From: Candidatus Nomurabacteria bacterium
GTDB taxonomy: Bacteria > Patescibacteriota > Minisyncoccia > Phycocordibacterales > UBA918
NCBI GenBank assembly: GCA_020632095.1
Contig: JACKGF010000002.1
Coordinates: forward strand, 16,502-80,501
DNA length: 64,000 nucleotides
Direction: 5' to 3'
Positions 9,905 to 20,254 of the stretch are shown here, one piece after another. A program made the position numbers and the translations under genes. The notes under the pieces are model-generated. The model was not told the origin of the DNA, made no database searches, and worked only from the letters and a program-made list of their open reading frames with translations. Each line of letters starts with the position of its first letter. Position 1 is the stretch's first letter.

Positions 9905-10960
9905 TTATTGAGCGTAAATTGAAAAATGCGGTGCAGAAATCCAACTTCCAAGAACCTTCACGCTATCAGCTGGCGCTCCAGCGGCCACCACAGCAGCCTT
10001 TTGAGCTGGAGTACTTACTTCATAAACAGGACGTAACCCATTAGCAGTGGCCGCATTAATCACTTTTACGACATCGTTTGGAGCCATGCCACCTCCAACA
10101 CCATAGTCGACACAAGTCCCATTTTGATGGCAAGGACTCTTGTGAACACGAGTAGGCGGCATAGCTTCTGTTACTCTTGCTCCAGCCACTCCAGCTGCCT
10201 GATGCATAGCTAGTAATTTAGGTTGTAATTCTGAAGATATTGAACAGCTTGCAGTATTTTTACAAGGTACAGCACCGAGCGGTACACAACTACTTCCTGT
10301 ACAAGTAGCGGTCGGTGGACCAGAAGGCAAAGCCGGACTACTAACCACAACATCCCAGCAATTCACTTTATAATTTGTTGGATCTGTAGTATCAATCTCA
10401 GGATTTTTATTCAAAGCGGCACAAGCTGCCTCAGCAACAGAACAATCAATGTTACCTGAAGAGCCAGATGCAGCGCAAGCAGTGGTAGAAATAACGTTAG
10501 AACCACTATTGGGCATACTTGGATCTCCAGCCCAAGGAACTATAGTTGATGCTAATTGAGTATGACACTGAACCTCTGCCCATGGCCCATAACCTTGAAT
10601 ATTACCCGTACCACCATTTAGAAGACCTCTCATAATAGTGTCAACCAATAGAAAAGAAGCGAGAATTATAATTAACCCAATAAATGCATTGATAAACTTT
10701 TGCTTAGCAGATGACAATGCTTCTGAATTACCCCCTGAAGTAACTAGTCCAAAGCCAGCAATAACTGCCAAAACCGCAAAGAACAAAAACGCCATGGCAA
10801 TCAACCAAACCAAAACTTTATTTGCCATTTGAACGATGTTACAAGCAGAACAATCAGTACCGGAACAAGTTACAAAACTTTGGGCTGAAGCCAACTCTGG
10901 TAGAACAAATACAACAATTAATACAAGAGTCGGTATAAATTTCATAAGTTTAGTTTTCAT
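9905..10960 (-). CDS. secreted pilin-like (VirB2/TrbC-type two-helix) N-terminal domain fused to a Cys-rich C-terminal domain, possibly a LAS/M15-like peptidase
   Basis: Signal peptide, CSGTDCSAC motif, then hydrophobic helix-GFGLVTSGGN-helix, as in the other five paralogs. The C-terminus carries HKSPCHQNGTCVDY (His/Asp pattern). Confidence 0.55.
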   Translation of the reverse strand: MKTKLMKFIPTLVLIVVFVLPELASAQSFVTCSGTDCSACNIVQMANKVLVWLIAMAFLFFAVLAVIAGFGLVTSGGNSEALSSAKQKFINAFIGLIIILASFLLVDTIMRGLLNGGTGNIQGYGPWAEVQCHTQLASTIVPWAGDPSMPNSGSNVISTTACAASGSSGNIDCSVAEAACAALNKNPEIDTTDPTNYKVNCWDVVVSSPALPSGPPTATCTGSSCVPLGAVPCKNTASCSISSELQPKLLAMHQAAGVAGARVTEAMPPTRVHKSPCHQNGTCVDYGVGGGMAPNDVVKVINAATANGLRPVYEVSTPAQKAAVVAAGAPADSVKVLGSWISAPHFSIYAQ

Positions 10961-10968
10961 AAATTATA

Positions 10969-11997
10969 TTAAGGTAATTTACTAGCCACATCAGCCACCT
11001 TTACTACATAAGCTCGTGTCTCGTTATATCCAGTATTCGGAGTACAACTGGTGTTTGAAGTACCATAACACCCTGGAGAATCCCACTTACATTCCCAGCG
11101 CATCAACCCCGGACAATCTCTACTAGCACCGTTTGCTCCAGCCCCTCCGTTATAGGCAGCGAATATTTTTCTCTCGTCACCTTTGTAAGTATTATATAAA
11201 TCACTGTAAATCACTGTCCCAAGACTTATGTTGTAATCTTGATCAAGTAACTTTGCCCTTACATCAGCATCACTCAAACCAGCTAATGTAGGGTCATAAT
11301 TTCTGGCAGTATTTGGCATAATCTGCAAACAACCAAGCGCTCCAACCGGACTAACGTTGTTTCTACACCCACCAGACTCTACTCGCATTAACGCTTGTAG
11401 GTTTTTAGTTTGAGTAGCATCTAACCCAGCGGCAGCGGCAGCGGCAGCCACTTTTGCATCTGGAGCAGATAAAGAGGCCAAAGAAGCAATTTGAGCAGGT
11501 GTTAAATTACCCACAGCGGCAGTATTAGCGATTCCACGTGAGGCATTAGGAACAGGGTTGTAAATTCTTTGTATTCCAGACTTAGGCTGATCTACACATT
11601 GAATAGTATTCCATGGACCAAAAGCAAACGGTCCGGTTCTCAGCAAAGCCTTCAAACCATAATCTATCAACAACCAAGCTGATAATAAAATAGCGAAGCC
11701 AATCGCTGCATTAGTAATCATACTTTTAGCCGCTTGTTTCTCGCTTGGATTACCACCTGAAGTCACCAACTTAAAACCAGACACCATAATCATAATAGCC
11801 ATCACAATCGACAATATCATTACCAACCAGCCTATAACTGTGTTCATTAGAGTTGCTACATGACAAAATTGACAAGCCTCTTCACCCGGGCCACCGCATG
11901 GCACTAACCCATTTGCCCAAACTAAAAGTGGGGTTGTAATAAGTAGTGCTAGGAGCGACAAAAAAATTTTTCGATTCATACCAAAATAATAGCACAA
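10969..11997 (-). CDS. pilin-like N-terminal domain fused to a lytic transglycosylase (SLT) domain
   Basis: N-terminal CGGPGEEACQFC plus SGFKLVTSGGNP two-helix module. C-terminal SLT motifs (catalytic-Glu motif VESGG, LQIMP, AAYNGGAGA). Confidence 0.7.
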   Translation of the reverse strand: MCYYFGMNRKIFLSLLALLITTPLLVWANGLVPCGGPGEEACQFCHVATLMNTVIGWLVMILSIVMAIMIMVSGFKLVTSGGNPSEKQAAKSMITNAAIGFAILLSAWLLIDYGLKALLRTGPFAFGPWNTIQCVDQPKSGIQRIYNPVPNASRGIANTAAVGNLTPAQIASLASLSAPDAKVAAAAAAAGLDATQTKNLQALMRVESGGCRNNVSPVGALGCLQIMPNTARNYDPTLAGLSDADVRAKLLDQDYNISLGTVIYSDLYNTYKGDERKIFAAYNGGAGANGASRDCPGLMRWECKWDSPGCYGTSNTSCTPNTGYNETRAYVVKVADVASKLP

Positions 11998-12097
11998 GAA
12001 AACTTTGAAAAAGTGCCAGAGTGTGATATTTTGTTCGCACTCGTATTTTTATATCAAAATAATCTACGATAGGGATTTTCCTTAAAAAATTAAATAT

Positions 12098-12180
12098 GCG
12101 TCGGTGGCAGAGTGGTCAATTGCATTAGACTGTAAATCTAACGGATTTATCCTACGGGGGTTCAAATCCCTCCCGGCGCA
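12098..12180 (+). tRNA. tRNA-Tyr (anticodon GTA), long variable arm
   Basis: Acceptor gcgtcgg/ccggcgc, anticodon loop cuGUAaa. Followed by a terminator hairpin aaaaataaccc...ggggttattttt. Confidence 0.85.
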
Positions 12181-12391
12181 CGCGTTAAAAATAACCCTAT
12201 AACAGGGGTTATTTTTGTTGGGACAGGGAGAGAGTTCGACACTTCTTTTAAATATACTTTTGACTTTTCACAAATATTTAATTTACATTTAGTCAATTCT
12301 TTGCTACTATATTACATAAATATATCTCTTATTTCAAGCCATATATTAACATATTAAGTCAATTAATAATTTGTCTAACGTCAATTAAATT

Positions 12392-13549
12392 ATGTACGAA
12401 TTAAAATTGTTCAACCCATCTTTTGACACTGAATTAGTGGATTTGATTGTTGACTTAGATCAATTGCGGCGGAAAAAACTAGGAGGAAGTACTCACCCTG
12501 CTATCTTCTTTCAATTAAAGAATATTTTTCACACTCTTGAGAGTATTGGTTCGGCACGTATAGAAGGTAACCATACGACAATTGCAGAATTCATTGAAAC
12601 AAAAATAAAGAGTAAAAACGACACAGGAATGGTGAAAGATGAAAAAATCCGCGAGATTCAAAACGGTGAAAAGGCCTTGGAATACATTGATCGGCAGATA
12701 GGTGAATTAGGTGGACAAATAACTGCTTCTTTTTTGAGTGAGATCCATAAAATTGTGGTTGATGGACTAACTCCACACCCTGACGGAGAAGGAAGCAAAA
12801 AACCTGGATCTTACAGAAATGTAAACGTGATAATTGGCGGATCTAATGTAGTTACTGCAGAGTTTCCGCTTGTACCTAATCTCATGAACGACTTAATTAC
12901 GTTCATCCAGAATCCTGATGCAGAGAAATACGACTTGTTGAAAACAGCTATTTCACATCATAGATTTACCATCATCCATCCTTTTGACAATGGTAATGGA
13001 CGTACAGTTCGCCTACTAACTTATTCTATGCTGGTTAAGCAGGGATTTAACGTTAATGTTGGTAGAATTTTAAACCCAACAGCAATTTTTTGTAGTGATA
13101 GAGAGAATTATTATAAAATGCTTGGACTTGCTGATAAAGGTACGGAAGAAGGTCTACGCGAATGGTCAGAATATGTGCTTAAAGGTCTCAAGACAGAAAT
13201 TGAAAAAGTCGATAAGTTATTAAATTATTCGTACTTATCAAAAAACATCCTTGAGGTCGCTGTAGCACACGCACTCGAGAGAAAACTCATCACTGATACC
13301 GAAGCGCATATTTTGAAAATTGCGATTGAAAAACAAGTAATTCAGCAAAGTGACATTAAACACATATTCCCTGGAAAAGACGCCTCTCAGGTCTCTCGAG
13401 TAATTAAGAAACTACTTACCGAAAATATAATTACAACAGAACGTGAAAGCAAGAGAAAGTACATATTAAATTTTCAAAATAACTACCTTTTGCGAGGAAT
13501 AGTGAAGGCTCTTGATAACGAAGGCTTCCTGCCAGCCAGTCTTAAATAG
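12392..13549 (+). CDS. Fic/DOC family protein (AMPylation-type) with a C-terminal wHTH-like region
   Basis: Fic motif HPFDNGNGRTVRLL. The N-terminal SARIEGN resembles an inhibitory helix motif. Confidence 0.85.
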   Translation: MYELKLFNPSFDTELVDLIVDLDQLRRKKLGGSTHPAIFFQLKNIFHTLESIGSARIEGNHTTIAEFIETKIKSKNDTGMVKDEKIREIQNGEKALEYIDRQIGELGGQITASFLSEIHKIVVDGLTPHPDGEGSKKPGSYRNVNVIIGGSNVVTAEFPLVPNLMNDLITFIQNPDAEKYDLLKTAISHHRFTIIHPFDNGNGRTVRLLTYSMLVKQGFNVNVGRILNPTAIFCSDRENYYKMLGLADKGTEEGLREWSEYVLKGLKTEIEKVDKLLNYSYLSKNILEVAVAHALERKLITDTEAHILKIAIEKQVIQQSDIKHIFPGKDASQVSRVIKKLLTENIITTERESKRKYILNFQNNYLLRGIVKALDNEGFLPASLK

Positions 13550-13589
13550 TTACTCAAAATTGTCGAACCAACTCCAGCTCGGCGCACGA

Positions 13590-14300
13590 ATACAGTAAAC
13601 AACCACCGGCCTTAGGGCCGGTGGCTTTGGCTCAACCTAACGGCGTGAGCTTCAGGCCCGCGAAGCGGGCAGATACATAGTTAATCAGAGATAAGTTTGG
13701 TAAAGAGAGATGGTTGATCAACTTGATTATGGTGATGTTGGTGTTTAACATACCGACAGATAATCATTTCATCTAGACCAATCGTAGAAACAAAATAGCC
13801 TCTGGCCCATGGTGACTTTTGTTCATAAAGACCATGAGCTCTTTTAATTTTCTTTTTTAACCAAGCTGAGCTTTTGTGCCTTTAATCATCTGCATTATGT
13901 ATGAGATGGAGTCTCTAGGTGAAGCTGATAGAATCATGTGTATATGGTCTTCTTGGATATTGAGTTCAATGATTTCCCAGTGTTTCCATCTTGTTATGGT
14001 TTCAAAGGTTATTCGAAACTCATCTTTAACCTTTTGTGGGCCTAGTACCTTACCTCGGTATTTTGGAGTCCATACTAGGTGGTATTTCATTTCGTAATAA
14101 CAATGTGATAGGGTTTTAATGGTACGTTTGCGTATACGTATTGTATTAATTACTAAAGCTGTCCTGCCGGACAGCTTTAGTATATGCGTTGCCTGCAAAC
14201 GTACACTCCGGCTGAAGCCGGAGGTTTTTAGATATAAACATCCCGTGACCTTGAGGCCACGGGTAGGGTTACAGACTCGGCACAAGCAGCCCAAGTCTCT
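13590..14300 (-). mobile_element. IS200/IS605-family element (tnpA only), probably inactive
   Basis: Y1 HUH transposase remnants flanked by sub-terminal hairpins (gctgtcctgccggacagc, ccggctgaagccgg, cccgtg...cacggg at the left end; ccaccggccttagggccggtgg at the right end). Confidence 0.55.
13681..14090 (-). pseudogene. tnpA: IS200-type transposase TnpA, frameshifted in an A-run
   Basis: MKYHLVWTPKYRGKVL...DHIHMILSASP (HUH) is in one frame. The C-terminal KSPWARGYFVSTIG (catalytic Tyr region) is in the -1 frame after ggttaaaaaag near 13850. Confidence 0.6.
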
Positions 14301-14780
14301 ATAATTTATTACACATTTCGAGGTATCTTCTTTCTCCTTCACTTGCAGGATTGACCTTCTGCTGCTCTAAATCATGAATTCTTCTAGGGTCGCGATTCCT
14401 AATGAACTGATTTCTGAGGAAAATAAGCTGTTTTTTGCTCAGTCCTGACACTGGCGCGTTATCTGGAATATCGTGTACCATGTTCCATCTCCTTTTGTGT
14501 GAGTGAACATTATAATGGTAACACTTTTTTCGTAACACACTAAACTGAAATAAACCTCAAGAAAACGTGGGACAAAATGGAATAGTAAAACAGGACCTGT
14601 TGCAATTCAATCTATAGTTTAAAAAATAATTCTTTTCTTCTTATAGAACTGTATTCATTTATGATTGTCAAAAACTTTTTCAACAATTAAACCGGGGTCG
14701 TTTCAAAACAACTTGACGTTATACCAATCTGCTATATTCTCAAGAAAGAAACTTTGTTCCCACAACCAAAGAGGTGGTGC

Positions 14781-15111
14781 TATGATGCATATAATTTTGG
14801 TAACAGGATTCACAGTTTATAGTTTCTTCACCCAAAAAACTATTAAGATTGAGGAGCCCAACCCATGCTGGGTCATCAGAAATAGTAACGGAGCTGGAGT
14901 AGTAGCCAGAGATAACTTCATGCTGGTTTTTTCCAGCATCGAGAAACTTCGTTATTTTGTCACACACGAATCTCTTGAAGATTTTGTTCCTCAAAGATTC
15001 ACCTGGGAAAATCTGGTCGAAACGTTTGGTGGCTATTTTTCCGAAGCTATCATCAATCACACAGGTAGTAAAGGAAATTTTATTTGTATCCCCTTACAGA
15101 AAAATCCTTGA
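14781..15111 (+). CDS. hypothetical protein
   Basis: ORF with AAGAGGTGGTG SD-like sequence before the ATG and no domain recognised. Confidence 0.35.
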
Positions 15112-15290
15112 TTAGTAAAATCCAAGCAACCAAATCGCTCAGCCTGCCTGAGCGATTTTATTATCCACAATGAATTAATTAGCAAGCAACTCTAAACTCC
15201 CTCTACTCCATCTTCAAAACCATTGACTTACTCTCAATATAAGAATATGGTGATTTGAGATCAGTTAACTCAACCTAAGGAGAATAAGCC

Positions 15291-16061
15291 GTGCTAGCAC
15301 CTTATATTGGAATCAATGACTTCATGTATCTCGGGCAAGTTGAAGCTATACTCAAGTTTTTCAAGTCGCTCTTACCGATAGGTTCAAACCGCTTGCTTCA
15401 CATCGGTACAATGATGAGTTACAAGACCCTCAACGAGATCGACTGTGTCTGGCTCGAGGCCTTTGCGCCGAAAGAAAGGTTGGCAGAAATTTATAGTTTG
15501 AAAGAAACATAGAACTGCCTACACTACGCCAGTTTCGGTCACGAACCCAGCCTGCGTGACAGCATCTCAAAAGCAATCGCTTACGGCGGACCCAATCTGG
15601 ACGCAATCCAGCTAGACATGACCTGGCCCGACCCAGAAGAAATTCAGTTTGGCCTAGCGACAGCAACCAGGCCAATTGAAGTTATTCTGCAAATCGGCAC
15701 AGACGCCATGGAGCAAGAAAACGACAACCCTAGCAATGTTGCTCGGAGACTGAAAAAATACGATGGTTTGATTTCACGTATTCTGCTCGACAAGAGTATG
15801 GGTAAAGGTTTAGGCATGGATGCTATTAAACTAATCCCCTTTGCCAGAGCCATCAGCGACAGATTCCCGGAGTTGGGTCTTGGTGCCGCTGGCGGACTGG
15901 GGCCAGATACCACGCACTTGGTTTCGCCCTTGTTAGAAAAATTTCCAGATTTGAGTTTTGACGCCCAAAGCAAACTTCACCCCAACGGGAATATTTTGCT
16001 TCCTGTAGACTTGGGTTTTGCAAAAACCTTCCTACTCAGGTCTCTAGCGTTGACTGGATAA
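15291..16061 (+). pseudogene. phosphoribosylanthranilate isomerase (TrpF)-like gene interrupted by a single in-frame TAG
   Basis: Two ORFs in the same frame (15291-15512 and 15618-16061) are separated only by a TAG at 15510. The joined product resembles TrpF weakly (AIQLD, AAGGLGPDT, LSFDAQSKL). Confidence 0.45.
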
Positions 16062-16179
16062 AAAATAATATCTAGCGTGTTAGACCAGTCATGCAACACT
16101 TTTCGTAAAACTTCAGGTCAACCGCCTGAAGTTTTTTCTTGACATAATAGTAAAAACGTTATAAAATGCTAGTCTTGGT

Positions 16180-17185
16180 TGTATGGTCCCTCCAGCTACC
16201 CCTCAAGTAGGACAGATTGCTCATAATAATACTCACTCGAAATCCTAAAATCAATACACTCTTTCGGTCGGTCATTCAAGAAGGTATGAATCTCATTCAA
16301 TTCTTCTTGAGTAACAGACGCAATGTCTCTCCGCTTTGGAACAAAGCATCTAATCCAACGATTAGTATTCTCTACCAGTCCCTTCTCCCAAGAATGATAA
16401 GGGTGGCAGAAATAGATTGGAGCCTGTATGATTTGTTCTAGTTCCGTCCAGTGACGGAATGCAATGTCGTTGTCGGTGGTGATACTCTTGACTATAATAT
16501 TGCTAAACATTTTAGAGAACGCTGCACTGATTGTGTGGCGTTTTCTATTGGGTAACTGACGTACCAAGCTGTATTTAGTTAAACGGTCAGTAGCCACTAG
16601 AAGTACGTATGGACTGTACTTAGAGACAATGAAGTCTAGTTCATAGTGACCTAGCTCATGGCTACCAAGAGGACGAATATCTATATATTTACGGCCATCA
16701 TCAGCTGGTTTATGTGTGGTCCGTTTCGGACCACTTTTCTTTTTGTTCCAACGCCAGAATAGTCGATATTCCAGACCACGACTTTCTATGAACTTGTATA
16801 TAGCTTTGGCGGAACAGGTAACACCGAGCTCTCGTTTGAGATGTCCACTGATTTGTTTAGGGGTCCACTTCTTCTCCAATTTGTCTTCTACGAAACGAAT
16901 CAGGAAACTATCTAGAGCCACCTTGAGACACTGTCGTTTAGCGCGCCAACGACGTTGACTTACTTTTAGTTGGGCTTGCTTGGCGTCATAGACTCCATTA
17001 ACCCTATTCTTCTTTAGTTCCTGACTGATGGTGTTGGGACTACGTTTGAGGAAGATGGCTATTTCTCTGATCAAACTCCCTGCGTTCAATAACTTTTCAA
17101 TTACGAAACGCTCCTCAAATTGTATGTGTCTGTATGTTTTCATAGACAGCGAATTTACTTTATAGCTGTCCTACTTCAAAGGTGT
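16180..17185 (-). mobile_element. IS30-family insertion sequence
   Basis: Contains an IS30 transposase. The ends carry inverted AAGTAGGACAG (16186-16200 region versus 17165-17179). Confidence 0.6.
16196..17143 (-). CDS. IS30-family transposase
   Basis: N-terminal HTH and a DDE core with an IS30-like signature (TTDNDIAF, HPYHSWEKGLVENTNRWIR). Confidence 0.9.
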   Translation of the reverse strand: MKTYRHIQFEERFVIEKLLNAGSLIREIAIFLKRSPNTISQELKKNRVNGVYDAKQAQLKVSQRRWRAKRQCLKVALDSFLIRFVEDKLEKKWTPKQISGHLKRELGVTCSAKAIYKFIESRGLEYRLFWRWNKKKSGPKRTTHKPADDGRKYIDIRPLGSHELGHYELDFIVSKYSPYVLLVATDRLTKYSLVRQLPNRKRHTISAAFSKMFSNIIVKSITTDNDIAFRHWTELEQIIQAPIYFCHPYHSWEKGLVENTNRWIRCFVPKRRDIASVTQEELNEIHTFLNDRPKECIDFRISSEYYYEQSVLLEG

Positions 17186-17221
17186 CTGGGGGTCAAACTG
17201 TTCATTAGAGAGGACTCAAAA

Positions 17222-17716
17222 ATGAAAAAAGGTGTCATCGTCTGTGCCTTCCCTGCCACTGGCAAAAGCACAGCAATCCAAAATGCCACGCGACTCGGTA
17301 TCAGTGCATGAGACTCGGATTCAGAAGACCATCACTGGGTAGACCGTACTCTTCCTCGTGAAGAGCGTGTTGAACGTAAAAACTGGGTCGAAGACTATGT
17401 ACACCATCTGCAGAAGCAGACAAGGTTGAATGACTTTGCATTCGCATCCACGCACGAAGTGGTACGTAACGCTTTGGTAGCCGGAGGCGTGCACTTCGTG
17501 GTCGTGTATCCAACCAACGACCAACGTGACGAGTACATCAAAAGGGTCGCGGATCGCACGACTGGTCTCCACGGTCAGTTTGGCGTCAGTCTTCTGACCA
17601 ATATGTGGCACACATGGCTCACTCAGATGGAGAAGCAACCTCATTGCGGACGGGTCGTCCTGCAGCAGGGACAATACCTGTCTGACGTACTTACCACAAT
17701 ACAGGATCAAGTATAG
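17222..17716 (+). pseudogene. P-loop NTPase/kinase-like gene interrupted by a single in-frame TGA
   Basis: Walker A motif AFPATGKST. The same frame continues through a TGA at 17309-17311 into the 17426-17716 ORF. Confidence 0.4.
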
Positions 17717-17909
17717 TGGTCACATAAACTACCACTTCCAGCTCCCGCCGGCGAAGAACAACTCCAGTTGTCTTCCCTGCTGGAGCTGTTTTTCGCTTTT
17801 CACAAGGGAAAATTCACTATTTCTTCTAATGCGAATATTCCATCTCTAGCTCCTAACACTTGGACAATGCCGAATTTCACATAAGTTTATCTTAAAATAA
17901 ACTTATGTC

Positions 17910-18158
17910 ATGGATATTAAAATACAAAAAAATACTATTGGACTGAAGGATCTCCGAGAGAATATGGAGACATCTATTAAAAGAGTAAACGAGGGTGAAT
18001 CTATCACTGTCTTCCGAAGATCTACCCCTTTATTTCGCATTTCCCCGATTGATGCAGTAGAATCTGGCAGGGAAACTGTGATTGATTTTACCAAAGAAGC
18101 TGGAGATGGAATTTCAGACAAAGAACTACTAAGGGTAATGAAGCGGGTGCATGAATAA
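17910..18158 (+). CDS. type II antitoxin, Phd/YefM-like
   Basis: 82 aa with the pattern LKDLRENMETSIKRVNEGESITVFRRSTPLFRISPID, typical of a YefM/Phd fold. Confidence 0.55.
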   Translation: MDIKIQKNTIGLKDLRENMETSIKRVNEGESITVFRRSTPLFRISPIDAVESGRETVIDFTKEAGDGISDKELLRVMKRVHE

Positions 18159-18208
18159 GACTGAAAAACTTTTTAAAAAAACTCAATGAAAACGAGTTCC
18201 TTTCAGTA

Positions 18209-18418
18209 ATGATAGTAGTAGAGAAAATACTAGCTAATGATGTGATCAGTTTGGACATTAAAAAATTATCTGACCAAAAGGACATTTTTAGAGTTGGGAT
18301 TGGAGATATAGGAATTATTTTCTTAAAAGCTAACGATGATATCGAAATCCTAGAAATTTCTAGAAGAAGTGAAAAGACACAAAAAAATACTAGCTTTCCT
18401 AGTATAATATTAAAATAA
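18209..18418 (+). CDS. RelE/ParE-family toxin (N-terminus uncertain or degraded)
   Basis: C-terminal pattern FRVGIGDIGIIFLKANDDIEILEISRRSE. The open frame extends upstream to 18155 without an ATG, and overlaps the antitoxin stop. Confidence 0.4.
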   Translation: MIVVEKILANDVISLDIKKLSDQKDIFRVGIGDIGIIFLKANDDIEILEISRRSEKTQKNTSFPSIILK

Positions 18419-18440
18419 CTTCTTTAATAATTATTTTTCT

Positions 18441-18887
18441 ATGCCACCCAAGTTTGATTTCTCACAAAAATTTATATTCCGAATAACCGCTGTCGTAATT
18501 CTAATTCTAATGTTTCTTTCTGAAAAATTTTTGTCGCCAGGTAATTATTATATATATGGATTTGGTTTACTTACTCTTTTTCTTCTTAATGCCAAAAGTT
18601 GGAAAGAAGGATTATGGATAACGTTCAAATTTTTTGTTTCTATTGCACTACTGGGACTACTCTTTCTTTTTATTATGGGACATGGATACACATTACTCAC
18701 TAAATTATTAGGATTATCTGCCCTAGCAACTTTAGTTTCATTTATGATTGGACCGGCAGCCAAACAATACGAACCGCCTTTAAGTCCGAAAACCCTACAA
18801 ATTTTAGACATCTATATTCCACTAATTTTAATTGGCATTACTGCTATCCTCTCATTAATACTATTCGCTCCAGTCTATTTAGCTTGA
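18441..18887 (+). CDS. hypothetical polytopic membrane protein
   Basis: Four hydrophobic helices and no recognisable domain. Confidence 0.45.
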   Translation: MPPKFDFSQKFIFRITAVVILILMFLSEKFLSPGNYYIYGFGLLTLFLLNAKSWKEGLWITFKFFVSIALLGLLFLFIMGHGYTLLTKLLGLSALATLVSFMIGPAAKQYEPPLSPKTLQILDIYIPLILIGITAILSLILFAPVYLA

Positions 18888-18926
18888 AGAATCCCATACT
18901 TTTTCATTCTTTGATACTATAAAGCC

Positions 18927-20195
18927 ATGTTGAACGAAAAGAGTATCGAGGTAGTTGAAGCATCGACTTTTTCTAGTAATTTTCGGAAGCCGCTTTATGA
19001 TTCCTATTGTTTTTCAAACATCCCGGGAACAATCGAAAAACTCCTAACCGGTCAATCAAAACTAAAACAACTACCCACAGATGTTGTCTCTGGCGATAAT
19101 TATAAAAAAGTAGTTTTGTTTTTTATTGATGCTTTTGGCTGGCGTTTCTTTACACAATACAAAGACAAGTACCCTATCTTAAGACGCTTTATTGAAAATG
19201 GAACAGCTTCAAAAATAACCTCTCAATTCCCTTCTACCACAGCTGCCCATGTGACGACTATTCATACCGGCCAACGAGTTGACGAAAGTGGTATTTTTGA
19301 ATGGTTCTACTACGAACCAAAAGTCGACGCCACAATTTCTCCTTTACTATATTCGTACGCTGGCGACAAGGAACCTGGCACACTCAAAAACATCATTAAC
19401 ACGAGTGAAATATACCCAAACCACTCTTTATACAAACAACTTGACGAAGCCGGTGTAAATACCTACCTGTTTCAATCAAGCAATTTCACACCATCACCGT
19501 ACGGCAATGTAGTCACCGACGGAGTCCAAAACACAATTGCCTATACGAACATCGAGATAGCCCTAGCGGATTTGAGTAAGGCAGTTATCGATGAAGCCGG
19601 CAAAGCTTATTATTACTTTTACTATAGCGACATTGATACCGCCGGTCACATACACGGCCCAAACTCTAAAGAATTTGAAGCAAAAGTCGATTCATTTTTT
19701 ACTGCACTAGAAGAACTGTTTATCAACGTAGTAGACGGAAAATGTGATAATACTCTAATGCTTATGACAGCTGATCATGGTCAGACCGACATTGACCCAG
19801 CCACTACAATTTATCTAGATCAAGCAATACCAGAAATCATCACTTGGACCAAAACCAACAAGAAAGGCAACCTACTGACCCCGGGCGGAGGCTGCCGTGA
19901 CATGTCTTTGTATATAAAAGATGAATTCATTGATATTGCTCTCGAGCAGCTAACAAACTTACTGGAAGGAAAAGCCGAAGTGTATTTGGTTGACGATTTA
20001 ATAAAACAAAATTTCTTTGGAGATAAACCGAGCGACACTCTACTTAGCCGCCTTGGAAATATCTGTATCCTACCGTACAAAAATGATTCCGTATTTTGGT
20101 GGGATGAAGGACGATTTGAACAGAAATTCTACGGCCACCACGGCGGTCTCACCCCCGCCGAAATGGACACTATTTTCTTGTCGTTGGAATTGTAG
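18927..20195 (+). CDS. alkaline-phosphatase-superfamily phosphodiesterase/nucleotide pyrophosphatase
   Basis: Metal-ligand motifs FIDAFGW, STTAAHVTTIHTG, TADHG and HHGG. Confidence 0.8.
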   Translation: MLNEKSIEVVEASTFSSNFRKPLYDSYCFSNIPGTIEKLLTGQSKLKQLPTDVVSGDNYKKVVLFFIDAFGWRFFTQYKDKYPILRRFIENGTASKITSQFPSTTAAHVTTIHTGQRVDESGIFEWFYYEPKVDATISPLLYSYAGDKEPGTLKNIINTSEIYPNHSLYKQLDEAGVNTYLFQSSNFTPSPYGNVVTDGVQNTIAYTNIEIALADLSKAVIDEAGKAYYYFYYSDIDTAGHIHGPNSKEFEAKVDSFFTALEELFINVVDGKCDNTLMLMTADHGQTDIDPATTIYLDQAIPEIITWTKTNKKGNLLTPGGGCRDMSLYIKDEFIDIALEQLTNLLEGKAEVYLVDDLIKQNFFGDKPSDTLLSRLGNICILPYKNDSVFWWDEGRFEQKFYGHHGGLTPAEMDTIFLSLEL

Positions 20196-20254
20196 ATCTG
20201 CAACCATCCCAATCCTGCTCTTTTTTTACAAAAACCTGTGTGCCAAACATCCTC

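Noticed and set aside
15291-17716. Alternative genetic code (stop-codon reassignment)
   Set aside because: Long essential genes (topA, gyrA, clpB) are closed with ordinary stops and contain no in-frame TGA or TAG. The two interrupted genes use different stop codons.
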